Assembly (NCBI RefSeq): GCF_018977255.1
Contig: NW_024704748.1
Span: forward strand, 19,964,001-20,028,000
Origin: Callorhinchus milii
Lineage: Eukaryota
DNA length: 64,000 nucleotides
Direction: 5' to 3'
Below, in pieces: positions 38,596 through 51,313 of the stretch. The notes under the pieces are model-generated. The model made no database searches, was not told the origin of the DNA, and saw only the letters and a program-made list of their open reading frames with translations. Position 1 is the first letter of the stretch, and every line of letters begins with the position of its first letter. The position numbers and the translations under genes were made by a program.

Positions 38596-38935
38596 TGGAG
38601 AGTCAGTGGTTAGAGCACTCAACTCGCAAGTGAGAGACCTGGGTTCGATTCCCGGTAGGGTGAAATGTTGGGCAAGTTTGCTTACTCCACACGCCTCTGT
38701 TCATCTAGCAGTAAGTAGAAACCCGGTTGTTAGTCGATTAGCGGATAGCATTTCCGTGGGTAATAATTCCTTCAAAAAAATTATCATGGGTCACTCAATT
38801 CCAATGTTTGTGGAACATTGCTGTGTGCAATTGGCTGCTGAGTTTTGCCCATAGAATGTACAATCAATTCACTTTACAGTATATTCTGTGAAAACGTGGT
38901 AAGGCATTATATCAAATGCAAGGATTATTATTGTT
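38596..38935 (+). mobile_element. SINE, longer variant with an extra ~64-bp internal segment
   Basis: tRNA head, extra segment 38697-38760, shared tail. Confidence 0.8.
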
Positions 38936-40410
38936 ACAACATTGCAAAGTGCACAGATAATTGCTATCAAATGTAGTGCCTGTATATTGTACGCAAACAA
39001 TCATTTTAAGCGGAGCAAGTTAAGATAGGCCATGTTTTAAATTTAGGTATGTTCCATGCCTAATATAGCCATGAGCTGAACATCCTTGATATAGCTGCTA
39101 TCAGAAATCCTTAGCTTCTAATCTGCACTGTGATTGCTTTGACATTATGTTTGACTAATACTCCAATTCAGAGCTTGGTAAATTGATTAGTTTACTTTAA
39201 AGAACGGAAGGATAATAAACCACTGGGACTGAGCTTAAAGCCAAGTAAAGGTAGAAACTTGGGGACTGAAAGAAAGTTACAAAAGGCAAGATTCAAGTTA
39301 ATTTCTTCAATTTACAGTCACTGGTCAAAATGTGTCTCCACCGAAGCTAAGTTGTTTTAAATATTTAATCATACAGGAAATTAAACTTAAATACAGAAAC
39401 TGCTTTTGATGAAATGTATTTTCATGAGACATTTGAGAAATGATAGACAAATTGAATCAAAATTGCAGGAAAATAATCTTGTTATTTTCTATCCTGATTT
39501 CAAAGAATCCACTTATCCTCATACACAATAGAGTACAATTTACATTTATTTAATGCCTTTCACATCAGGAGGATGACCCAAAGCGCCTTACCATTGACCA
39601 CTCTATCCTCCTCAACCTTCATGGTTCTGTCCTTGACTGGTTCAGATTCTACCACTCACACTGTCTCTACTTCATCAAGACCTTCCTCTTTGACCATGCC
39701 TTCGATCACACTCCCTCCCTCCGCCTGCCATCCCACCCTCCCCGATCCCGACCCCCAGCTCAGGTCCGAAACACTGATGGTCCAGCGCCTTGTGATGTCC
39801 TCCCAAAGTGAAAGGTGCTATACAAATGTAATTTTGGTATTATTGTTTACACTGCTGGCCTGATTTTACTTTACTTGATTGGACCATCATAGTTGAATGG
39901 AACTTTTGGCAATTGGCTTTTTGCTTCTCCTCACATCTTGGGAAGTAACTGTCTAACATTCCTTCATGAACTCTGATCATTGCCTTCTGACTCTGATCTT
40001 AACATCAGAGAAGCCAGAAAAGAGTGACAGAAGAAATTAAATAATTTATGACTAATCTGACATTGTTCTGTAGTCCTTAATTTAAAATTTCTTGAATAGA
40101 TTTTGGAATGAGGAAATTCACACAGTGGCTAAACTGAATATTGATCTTATTCTTTTGTAATATGGGAGAGCGGTTAATATGACCAATAAACTTTTGCATC
40201 ATTTGGGGATAAACCCAAGTGAATTACAATTTAATTTGCCTTGCCAATGGCATTAGCATTAGAGAGGTTTAGACTGGAGGCCTAAAGTATCTGAGGACAA
40301 GTACAATCCATTTTAACATCTGATGTAAATATAGTTAAGTTTAATGTCTAATGCCACGTAGCATGTGAATGAATTATAATTTGTCAGTAATTACCTATTT
40401 CCATTTCCAG

Positions 40411-40524
40411 GTCAATTTTGCTGTGGAAATAAGTACTGTGATGTGAAAGAAGGATTAAAAAGCTGGGAGGTTAACTTTGGTTACATTGAACATGGCGAAA
40501 AAAGAAATGCCCTTGTGAAATTGA
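40411..40524 (+). CDS. FRA10AC1: FRA10AC1 exon 9
   Basis: QFCCGNKYCDVKEGLKSWEVNFGYIEHGEKRNALVKL. Confidence 0.94.
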
Positions 40525-41084
40525 GTGAGTCTGATCTTGCAGTTTTGTCAGTGGTAACTACATCTGCACATGCCAAGTGTATCAGTCTCATTTGAGATCT
40601 GGAGGCAAATCTGTCACTCTTGATCCTAGCTTAGACAATCTGTAGTTGTAAAGGAAGAGTGTACCTTATTTGTACTTTCATTTGCCTGATCAATTGGTCA
40701 TATGCTATATAGCTTAAGACTCATACATTGCCTCATTTGACAGTAAGGTCCAATCCTTAATAATTAATTATTTGTCTTCAGGTAAGTACCAAAATATTTT
40801 AACACATGTCAGTTGTGGCCTACAACAGTTGACAGTCGGGGATAACTTAAATTCACCTGCCTTGACTTGGGTTCAGCTGAGGTATAGAACAGGCTCTAAT
40901 GTTGTGTCGTGAGTTCATGAGGACCAGCAGATCATGAGGATCAGCATTGTCTGTATACTTTCAATAGTAACACAAGCTTTTCTTCATATTGTTTCAGTTG
41001 TGAAAATATAGCATTATCACACAGTTTTCTTCTTCATGTTGAGTTTTAACTGAGTTTTAACTAAAAATTGTATTTCTATTGTAG

Positions 41085-41127
41085 GAGTATGCCCAGAATG
41101 TTCATCTATGTTGAACTATTTTCACAG
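41085..41127 (+). CDS. FRA10AC1: FRA10AC1 exon 10
   Basis: RVCPECSSMLNYFHR. Confidence 0.92.
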
Positions 41128-41745
41128 GTAATATTCCTTACTCTTCTATAGCTTTATCTTAAAGTACTGGAGCTAATTACTCTAATCCAGCTCTGCACTT
41201 TTGCTGTACCCATTGTGTACTAATATCCATGTATTAATATGATGGGATTGGACATTGAACAGGTGGGAGTGGGAGTTGATTATAGGCATGGGTGAAGAGT
41301 ACAGTTTTGAGGCAGTACTTGAAGACACATACAGAGGGAACATGGCAGAGAGGTAGACTGGATACACAATAAGTTTGGTATTTTATTGATAACTGAGTTG
41401 TCACAAATTTAGAATTCTGTATAACTGTTTGATAAACCTTGCATTTTATTTTATTACATTTTATTTTTACGATATTAAATTAAACACAATATTAAACGTC
41501 ATTTTATTGTATTAAATTTAAACCTTTTATTGTATTGCAATCACTTTGCATTCTATTTCTCAGAAAAATACCCTATTGGTATAAAGTCGCAGAGTATATA
41601 TCGAAACAGTTGCAGTACTAGTTTGGATTACATGCTGTATAATTTGTCTCATGGAGAGGGTTATTAAGTACTTCAATCAACTGTATAAAATGTAAACTGA
41701 ATTTGCAGAAATATGTACTTATATTTATGTTATTAATTGGCAAAG

Positions 41746-41861
41746 GAGAAAAGAAGTAAAAGCGACAAAGAGAAAAAAACAAAAGGAACATAGCCTTGAT
41801 GCACCACCAAAAAAGGCAAAGAGAGTGTCAGATAAAGAAAAGCATAGTTCTAAACAAAAAG
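41746..41861 (+). CDS. FRA10AC1: FRA10AC1 exon 11
   Basis: Lys-rich RKEVKATKRKKQK...; aag acceptor, G|gtaggt donor. Confidence 0.88.
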
Positions 41862-42909
41862 GTAGGTAACCTAAAATATTATATTAAATTGAATTGATTT
41901 TTTTCATCCCAAAGTTCTATATTGGATATAGAAATTAACAATTTTTCCTAAAAGTACTTGAAGGACAACAAAGGAAGAGTCCACTATCTAATCAAAATTA
42001 GCCCAATAATGAACAAACAGATGATTTATCCAATATTCCAGCTGCAACCAAACCTCTGTTTTATACAGATTTGTCAACATTTCCTAATTGTTGTACTCAA
42101 AGGGTCTGTATATAAAACTCAGCATCCTATTTGTACCTAAACAGCCTTCTCTACCTGCAATCCCACTTTTTAATGAACTTTGAACTTCGAGGTCTCTCTG
42201 TTCCTCCATTGAGAATTTTACTACAAGGGTATAATTTCCTCGTCCTATTTATTCTCCTAAAATTTGAACAGCTTGCCTTGAAAGATTAAAATCTTGTGTT
42301 TCCTTCTCATGCCCCAGTTTGTTTGATTTGTATACATCATCCAGAACATCTCTGAGGATCTGTTTATCCCATGCCATAGTTTCATGATTTGGACTTTTTT
42401 TTCTTTGCTAAAGTATTTGTTCTTGCAGCGATTCCACTTCCTTGTTCAACCAGCTGGTGGAACGTAATCCAGACAGCCATCTGGTGTTTTTCCACGGATT
42501 TGTGAATGAGAGCGTCTGTTTTGTGGTTTACGTCTTGCTCACCACATTCCATTTCATCAGGCTTGGGGGCCACGAAGATAAATACATTCCAGAAGAGTTT
42601 TTTTTAATTTTCTTTCTCATTGTCCCCTAGAGAGTTGGTTCACCCACCTATATTGTCCTCAGTGAGATTGAAATGGTGAACAGTTCTAGTTTATACATAT
42701 CAATACAATGTATATGATCTGTTCACCGGGAGGTTTAAACGTTCCATTTTAGAGCACTGCAAAACAATTTCTGCAACAGTTTGAGTGTGAATATCTTTTG
42801 AGATTAAATCTCTTGTTTCAACGCCAGAAGCCAAGATGCAGGGCCATGTTGTATTTAGTTGATGTTTTGTTTGGTTTATCGATGTGGAATGTTTTCTCTG
42901 TTTACACAG

Positions 42910-42960
42910 GTAAATCTTCCACATGTGGAACAGAGAAATCTGATAGTGATTCAGACCAAA
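42910..42960 (+). CDS. FRA10AC1: FRA10AC1 exon 12
   Basis: KSSTCGTEKSDSDSDQ; phase 1-1, in frame with its neighbours. Confidence 0.8.
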
Positions 42961-43379
42961 GTAGGTATACTGTGTGCAATAAAGAATTCATTTCTGTATT
43001 TTTTTGCTGACGTGTCAGTTTATTGTCAGTCTTATTCGTTTATAGTGTCTTATTACAGCACTCTGTCCTGTGTAGATAGAAATTGAACTTAGGATGCATA
43101 AGATTGCTTATTTCAGGACATTGAGTACCATGTTAGAATGTGCATTTACCATTTGGGAGAGCATCATTGTGAATTTGACTAATGCTTATATCTAAGTCTA
43201 GGAAGGTAAGTAGGGTCTGGTTAACTGTTTTTGTGGGAGAATGTCATATTATTCAAATCTTCTTGTCAATGTTTTTATTGGGCTGACAAAGTGACAGTAA
43301 CAGAAATCCACATGTTGTTGAAATGTAACCGTTCAGATTGCTTTTATTTCTTTGTTTGAATATAACTTTTAAATTATAG

Positions 43380-43467
43380 AATTATCAGAAGACAAAGAGG
43401 ATAAAGATGATTCCTCGGATGCAAAGTTTTGGAAGGGACCAGTTCAGGATGTCGAAGAAAAAAGCAG
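43380..43467 (+). CDS. FRA10AC1: FRA10AC1 exon 13
   Basis: LSEDKEDKDDSSDAKFWKGPVQDVEEKS. Confidence 0.88.
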
Positions 43468-43649
43468 GTCTGTTTTACTGTTTGTATTCAGAGGATCACA
43501 AGAGATGTTTAGATGAAGAAGGCCTTTTGGCTCATTTGATCTCACTCTTCCAGAATACCCACCCTACTGTCTTCTCATTACGGCATCAAGCTGCTCTTCT
43601 AAATTAGTCCAATGGGTGAACGTTCCTTTAGATGAAATTTAGATGAAAT

Positions 43650-43976
43650 GGAGTCCTGTGGCTCAGTGGTTAGAGCACTCGCTTTGCAAGCGAGAGACCT
43701 GAGTTCAATTCCAGGCAGGGCGAAACCTTGGGCAAGTTTCCTTACTCCACACGCCTAATAATAATCCCTCCAAAAACCAAAAACAATAATAAATTGGTCA
43801 TTTTCAATCTACGACTGTTTGTGGGATATTGCTGTGCGCAATTGGCTGCCGCGTTCGCCCACAAATATACAGTCAATTCACTTTACAGTGTGTTCTGTGA
43901 AGCGCTTTGGGACGTCCTCCTGACGTGAAAAGCGCTATATCAAATGCAAGGATTATTATTATTATTATTATTATTA
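43650..43976 (+). mobile_element. Full-length tRNA(Ala)-derived SINE with Deu-like body and L2-type tail
   Basis: A box TGGCTCAGTGG, TGC anticodon arm, B box GAGTTCAATTCC, TTGCTGTGCGCAATTGGCTGCCGCGTT, (ATT)n tail. Confidence 0.92.
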
Positions 43977-44007
43977 AACAATGCTAAAACCTGTTCTTAA
44001 TCTGCAG

Positions 44008-44050
44008 AGAGGACGCGTTTGATGAATATTTTGAAGGCATGTTTCTGTGA
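44008..44050 (+). CDS. FRA10AC1: FRA10AC1 last coding exon
   Basis: EDAFDEYFEGMFL*, resembles the conserved C-terminus. Confidence 0.92.
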
Positions 44051-44312
44051 TCTCCTTGAAGAAGGTAACCCACATTAATCACTTTGAAGTTTATTCAGAA
44101 AGACACCATAACTTTTTATTGCAAAAATAGTTTTAACATACTTCACAAAATGGAATCAAGCCTGTTTGGGTGGATGTATTGCTTATTAATGAAATCCTGT
44201 AAAGTAACATTGAGCCCTGTGACCTGTCAGCTTGCTGTATATAGCATTAAATGTGGCTTCCTACTCTTTTCCCTTTAGAACCAATGTAAATACAGTTATT
44301 TTTTGCCATTTT

Positions 44313-44632
44313 ATAATAAAATAATCCTTACATTTGATATAGCGCTTTTTACATCGAGAGGACGTCCCAAAGCGCTTCACAGAACACACTGTAAAGTGAA
44401 TTGACTGTATATTTGTGGGCGAACGCGGCAGCCAATTGCGCACAGCAATGTCCCACAAACAGTCGTAGATTGAAAATGACCATTTTTTTATTATTGTTTT
44501 GGGTTTTGGAGGGATTATTATCAGGCTCTGTGTGGAGTAAGGAAACTTGCCCAAGGTTTCGCCCTGCCTGGAATTGAACTCGGGTCTCTCGCTTGCAAAG
44601 CGAGTGCTCTAACCACTGAGCTACAGGACTCC
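44313..44632 (-). mobile_element. Full-length SINE, same family
   Basis: Near-identical reverse complement of 43650-43976. Confidence 0.92.
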
Positions 44633-47600
44633 ACAATTTTGATTCTAATAGAATTTCATTTATAATGTGATTTTCCAAATAAACTGCATCTTTATGGCCA
44701 TTTTTAGCACATAAAAGTTGACCAGCATTTTGAAGTAAGCCAACTGGTTGGAATATTGTGGACGCCTAATGTCTTCCTCCCTAACCACACTGTTATAATA
44801 TACACATTGCAGCCCCGTAATCATGTGCTTCATTTGAGAACTGTGAAAAAGAATGAACTAGTAGATTTCTGATCTCCTTAGCAGTGAATGGTAAAGCTAA
44901 TCCATTAGGCCCTTCTTAAAATGTAATCTTATTGGAGAAGATAGAACATGAAGGCACATCATTCTTGACACTGCATTCCCACATTTCGTTATTAATTGAA
45001 ATGTTGTGGGAATTCTGTGTTTTAAACATTCACTAGTATAGATTGGCCAGAAAATTGCAACCAATCCTAAATCTGTTTCAGAAAGCTGGTTTAATCAAAT
45101 TTATTTCTCTGTCTACAGGGCAGAAGAGTGGACATCTATGGGATAGAGTGACTCAATTGAATGAATTCGAGAACTGGCTTCTGTGATTGGATATTCTTCG
45201 TGATTCCATCTGGAAGATTTATGACAAAGAACATATTCATTACAAATCATCATCCCAATTAGATATGTAATTAATAGTTTCTGTGGAACTGAAAATACTA
45301 AAGAATGATTTGTAATTTTGTTTTGGTCAGGCTGGATGTCTGGCACATGGGGAAACCCATCACCATGTATAGCCTGCTGTTTATATGTTGCATCAAAACA
45401 CACCTGCACATTGAACAGTTCTTTTTATTGTGTATATATATTTCACAGACATTTGTAGTAGCATTCAAGTCCAGTCATAATTTAAAGAGCTCCTTTCACT
45501 TTTCTTGGTTTACACACATACAGTAGCAATTTATATTACATAATCTTCCCAACAATCTTTTACATCTGTTATTGTGAAAAGCTCCCAAGTGCTTTATCAA
45601 ACAATCTTCATGGCTGATTTACAACACTTTTGCCAACTTGTTCATATATATTTCAGACTTGTAAATACAAAATTTTTTTAACTGAAAAGGTTCTTTCTCA
45701 TTTATGATATTCAACTCCTACCTTTCTGGGCCTGAAAAACAGATACTACAATAACAACTTGTATTTATATAGTGCCCTTTACACTTGGTAGTGTCCTGGA
45801 GCGTTTATACTGTCTTTGTGTTTCAATTTGACTGTATAATGTATATGGTGCATTATCACTACATGCCCATGAGAAGGAATACAACAGATCATGCTTTCAC
45901 AAATGTCCTTGAAGAACAGATAGCAACAGTCGTCCTTTTCAAAGTCAGGTATATATTCAAAGTCTGCTTTAGGTAAGCAGAGGATTTAAAGGTTAAATCT
46001 TTATTTGTCCAACTTTAAAGCTTGGTTAAATTCTCAATCCAATTCAAAGCAATCTCCTTATACCAATGGATATGTGTCTCATAGCGGCTTTACCACGCTA
46101 TATTGCTCTGTATTTTCCACAGCCACAGAAATACATCAGAGCTTCAGTAACAATAATGTTGTAAGAACACATGGAAGGATAGTGCAAGAAATGTTAATTC
46201 AGTCCATCAAGCCTCTTTCAACAGCAACAACAAAATTACATTTGTGAAGCGCCTTTCATGTCAGGAGGACATCCCAAGGCGTTCACAACTATGTACAAAT
46301 TACCTTATGGAGTTCCACCACCTACTGGGGAAAGTATTGTGTACATACGCGCTGAACACCAAACATAATCGAGCAAAAATTCCAGAATGCCAATATTCAA
46401 TTGTAATATTTCTTAACTATTGCATACTGGTAATATGCTCCAACAGCACAGAAATTATTGTGCTCTCTGGAGTATTTGTTTATCTCATTTGGCATTCCTA
46501 TATCCTCCATGCTGATATCAAGATTTTTTTAAACAAGTTAATCAATGAAAATCAACTGCTTTGCTGAGACTTCATTCCACGTAATCGATATTCAGGGAAG
46601 AAAATATTCTAATCCTTATTGCTTGAAACATTACATTTTTTTCAACTGTGAACTCTAGTTTGGTTCTTACTATGTACACTGATCTAAATAATTTGTGTAC
46701 ATCATAAAATCAGAGTGAAATCAGTTCCATTTTGAATCAATGGATTCTATTTAGATTTCCTTTGAATCTAATATTGTCTTTAACTAAATGGTAGTGACTC
46801 AGCCTGCGAAAATGTACAACTTCTGCACCTCATAGTATTGCAAGTAAGATGTAGCCTATTTGCGATTTAACAGGGACAGCACTGTAAAATGAATGTTTAT
46901 TTTTGTACTCATTGAAACACAGTGCAATTTATTAAAACAAACTTACAAAAATAGAAAGTAGATAGTAGAAGATAAAATTTGAGAGCTCTTATTTCTCTGA
47001 TAATTTTAAATCTCTTATTGTTCAATTGAAAAGACCAAAACAAATGATAGTTCCATCATGTCTTTCAAGAAAATAGTTCTCACTAAAACAAATAGAGGAA
47101 GGTATTTAGTAATATCATAGTATACTGTATTTTTTAAATTGGGAGCAAACAATTGATAAGTCTGTAGAGAAACTACAAAAATCTTGCCAAACAAAAATAC
47201 AGTAATATGCTACAACTGATTTTTCCGTAGATTTTTGGAATATAATATATCATTTTGTCACAGTTGTTATATCTCAGTTATATTTAGGTTTTCAATTACA
47301 ACTCAATTTGTATTATAGACTCCTGCCTCACTCTGTATGGATAAGCATTTGAAAGTGGTAAATAGCAATATTGCAAAATGATAAGATTTGGGTTATGTGT
47401 AGACTTATTACTCATCTTAAATCAAGATCACAAATTCCTTGCAATATTTTTNAAAAATATTGAAACTATCAATAATTTTATATTTTACTTAATTTCACAA
47501 CATTAAATAGAAGGGATCAATCTAATCATTGTGTGTTAATGATGCAAAAGCAAAAGAAAAATCATTAACATTCTGTCACTGGTCAAATACTTAATTCTGT

Positions 47601-48634
47601 GGTGTATTTATTTGTGTGATGTTCTCTTGAGAGTGCACAGTCCCTTTAAATGCTACAGTGGAGTCAGGCATTTCAAAAGTTAACACACAGACAGAAAAAA
47701 TGCTACTAATAGCTATAAAACAAACATTACAGTGCTTGAAATACTATTTACTACAATTGATACACTAACATGCATCTTAAACGTGCTATTTGTCTAATCG
47801 GAGTCTCATTCATGATATTTGCAAACCAGATTTGTTCCATTAATTGCTACTTGCTATTTCCAAAATTTGCAACAGGCAAATTGTGAATCATGAGGGTTTG
47901 ATAAAAGGCCAGCAAGCAAACTGCCTACTTAATGGCACTCTGATTTTCTCAATGGATTTTATTCAGAGTTTGGTGGTTTGAAATTCGCTGTTTCGTAATT
48001 TAGTAAACTGGAAATTGCAAGAAATGGAATGAATCCAATTTGCAAATATCACAAATTAGACCCGTAGTCAGTTACACAGACAATGAAACGGTTTGTTCAA
48101 TTACAACAGTGAAGATTTTCAAATTGCATTCTTCCAGCAATTTATTTGGAAAAATCCCCCCAAGTATATGTAGACAAGGAAATAAAGTTAATTACATTTA
48201 ATGTAATTCAAAATAATAGCAACAATAAATGTTAATTTGCTAAGTTAATATGTACAATAGATGGCAGAATCTACACAACTTGTAACTTTTCTATTCATGA
48301 AGTATTCAATCATGTATCATTTCTAAATATGTTCAATTTTAATTTTCATAACACTAAAACAATTACCCATTATTTTACTTCAATGAATCGGCTTCCAAGA
48401 CCAATATGTCTGATGGGTAGGATTTATTTTGTGATGTCAGTGAGAGAAAGGAAATGCAAGATAATTGATGGCATGATTCTCCAAATGGATAACTTTTTTG
48501 TTCTGGTTTATTCACCAGAGTACTATCAGAAGGGTCGTTGAATTTGAACTGGTGATTCAATGAAGCTGTGATTGGCTCTTACTGTAGATGAACAGTTTGC
48601 TGTTTCCCTGAGACGCAAGCGTATTTCCAAGCTT

Positions 48635-48708
48635 TTAAACTATTGCACATGTTTTGGATTTTCCTCCTTCGTCCCCATTTCCTCGAACTCCTACTTCTCC
48701 ATTTGCTG
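48635..48708 (-). CDS. PDE6C: PDE6C exon 22 (CaaX tail)
   Basis: ANGEVGVRGNGDEGGKSKTCAIV*; tagCAG tandem acceptor. Confidence 0.9.
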
Positions 48709-48909
48709 CTATGAGAGGCAAAGAGATTGAAATGTTAGTCTTGGAAATATAAAAACTTAGAACTAATTCTAAGAAAACATGTGGTAACAACTTGCTATTC
48801 TTGTTGAAGTAAAGAGTATTGAAAGAAAATTGAATAAGTTAATTCAACTGTAAACTAAATGAGCTAATAGTTTTAAGGAACAAAATTGGAAATTGAATAG
48901 CATCGTAAC

Positions 48910-49060
48910 CCTTTGTGGCTGCCTCCTCTTCCTGTTTCTTCTTTTCTTCAATCGCCTTCATTTTTTCTTCATATTCATCAGCTAGTGATTTCCAGTGTAC
49001 CCTGTTATTTAGGAGACCATCTAACATTGGTGTTATTTCTTTGTGGAATCTTGAAAATTC
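48910..49060 (-). CDS. PDE6C: PDE6C exon 21
   Basis: [33 protein letters not shown]; G|gttacg donor. Confidence 0.92.
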
Positions 49061-49124
49061 CTGCACAAGACAAAAGTGTGGTGAACTTGTGTCATTTAAT
49101 CACGTAATAAATGTTAGGCATTAT

Positions 49125-49455
49125 TATTAATAATAATACTTGCATTTGGGATAGAGCCTCATCACATCGAGACGTCTCAAAGCACTCGTTTCACAGGATA
49201 TACTGTTAAGTATGTACTTTGTCTACTGTACATACTGTGTTAATACTGTACTTTGTGGGCCAAGTGTGGCAGCCAATTTTCACACAGCTACGTCCCACAG
49301 ACAGCCATGGAATGATTGACCAATTTTATTTGGGGTATTGGCCACAACACTAGGAGAAACTCCCTTACCTTTTCGAAATGTGCCTTGGGATCTTTAAAAA
49401 CGTCGACCTGAACAGGCAGTTGGGACCTTGGCTTAACATCTCATCCGAAGGACAT
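49125..49455 (-). mobile_element. Older Deu-type SINE fragment
   Basis: Tail plus GGGATCTTT...TTAACATCTCATCCGAAGGAC block. Confidence 0.65.
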
Positions 49456-49535
49456 TCATTGAATATGAGCATATTTGAATGAATAAGTTGAATATGAAAT
49501 AGTCTAATTATAAAATCAACAACATTTGTACCTAC

Positions 49536-49619
49536 TTTATATACAAAGGTACACACAAAGTCGATGAAGCCACATTGTAGTTTGGGGAGTTCAGCTGCTT
49601 TGTTTCGGTCCATCATGGG
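49536..49619 (-). CDS. PDE6C: PDE6C exon 20
   Basis: [28 protein letters not shown] (invariant Gln). Confidence 0.95.
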
Positions 49620-50683
49620 CTGTTTAAAACAAAAGGATCTCATTACTACAAGTTTTTTTTAACTGGTTTGAATTTGTTAATGTGAAAGGCAGTATGTATG
49701 GTACCATACATTTAAGTTCTGAAAAGTACTGTGATTCTATATCAGTATTACTGGCATTGATGCTGAAATATAATGCAATGTATATTTCCCAACTGAGGTT
49801 TTTTCACAGATTGGATTCTCACCTATAGCTAAAAATATAGAAAATGAAAAAAGGCAGCTGAGGTTCCCTTTGTAAAATATGGAAGAAATACAAAATGATT
49901 CTTTGATCAAAAACTGTGATTCTTTGATTAAAAAAACTGAATGTGAATAACATGAAATAACACAGTAGCTGTTCTAAGAACCGGCTGTTTTTAAGTTACT
50001 GCTCAGATGTGTTTTTTCAGATGGGGTTTTGTGCAGTTGTTAACATCTAACCTGTTTAATGGAGTGGCTGGTGTAAAAGTGGCTAGTCATACTGTAAATG
50101 GCACCTTCCTTTATATTTTGTAAAAATATGCATTCTGTTTACCATTGTATAATCTGCAGAAGTCTATATGTTTGTCTAGGAAACCATCCTCATCAATCTT
50201 GTGTACCAATGAAACAGAGGAATGTACCTTTGAAGCTATACTTTAAGAATTTCAAAGGCAATGACTTTGGCATTGAATGCAGTTAAAAGCAGAGACTTTG
50301 AAACAGTTTGTATGTCTGTCAGAGGTGTGAATGGGAAAACTCAAGCAACGCCTGCCTGGAAAAGTTAAACTTGCTAAACTACAAAGTGACCTTTATTCAT
50401 TGGTGCCTCAAACTGACAACATCTGGAAAGTGTTTTTTTTCACTAATACGCTCATTGACTCCATCAGGGTTTCATTATTGTTTTTCATGAAGTAGAGGCA
50501 TATTTTCTGCTTTTAGAAAATTTTTCATGTTTGCCATTTGTAGGACAAAAATATCACACAATGTATTATTCTACATAATAAAGTGTTTTGTAGATATGTT
50601 TTCTCATTGAAGGATTTAGGGTATTATAATTATTCAATAGTTGATCCAAGTCGACTAACCACATAACTAATCATTAGCATTCA

Positions 50684-50779
<96 letters not shown>

Positions 50780-51313
50780 TTAAAGCACAATATCAATAAA
50801 AGGAGCAAACGAAAAAGTCAAGTGAATTTATTTTAATTACAAATACTGAAAAAGTGCATTGGTAAAAGTTACTGGTTGGTTATCAATAGGGGGTGTCGGA
50901 TAAGATTTTGAGCAGTACAGACATGCTACTCATTAAAAACAGAAAGTGGTGGATAGTGCACATTGCACACTAGCAAACAGCAATTAAAGTGTTATTTGCT
51001 GATGGAAGCCAATTAAACAAGATAAAGCACATTTTCATTTTCTGAAACTCTCAAAAAGAATCTCTATATTACAATAAATGGTTTTATACATTAACCTCAT
51101 AATTTTGTCTTTACTATTGCTCAGTGCAAGTGTTGTCTCATGAGCGCCCCGGGATGTTACTACGCTTGAAGGGCACTATATGAATTGTTGTTGTCGTGGT
51201 GCCGGTTTATGCCGGAGTTAAGATCAATCTTAAAATCAAGGGTGTTTTAATGTGTTTATTGGTTAAAATCAAATATCAGAAGCCCTGCTTATCAATTACA
51301 GTAGCAAACATAC

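Larger units (their letters stand above)
31376..44050 (+). other. FRA10AC1: FRA10AC1 gene span (spliceosomal C*/P complex protein), 14 coding exons, 996 nt CDS, 331 aa
   Basis: GGYDSEFS, KPFQKEKH, LAKKYYDKLFKEYCIADLS, SWEVNFGYIEHGEKRNALVKLR and FDEYF motifs; all junctions in frame. Confidence 0.95.

Noticed and set aside
42429-42600. Possible poison exon in FRA10AC1 intron 11 (ttcttgcag acceptor, in-frame stop)
   Set aside because: No convincing donor; adjacent sequence looks like decayed LINE; no transcript evidence
43650-43722. tRNA-Ala(TGC) gene (also near 58323 and 44560)
   Set aside because: T-stem is mispaired, there is no poly-T terminator, and it always runs into a SINE body; it is a SINE head
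43728-43928. Recurrent small ORFs such as MGKFPYSTR.. and ..AVRNWLPRS..
   Set aside because: Translations of the same SINE family at several positions
49572-49577. PDE6C QC instead of mammalian QV next to the invariant Gln
   Set aside because: As I recall, also found in other fish PDE6 sequences, so probably not distinctive
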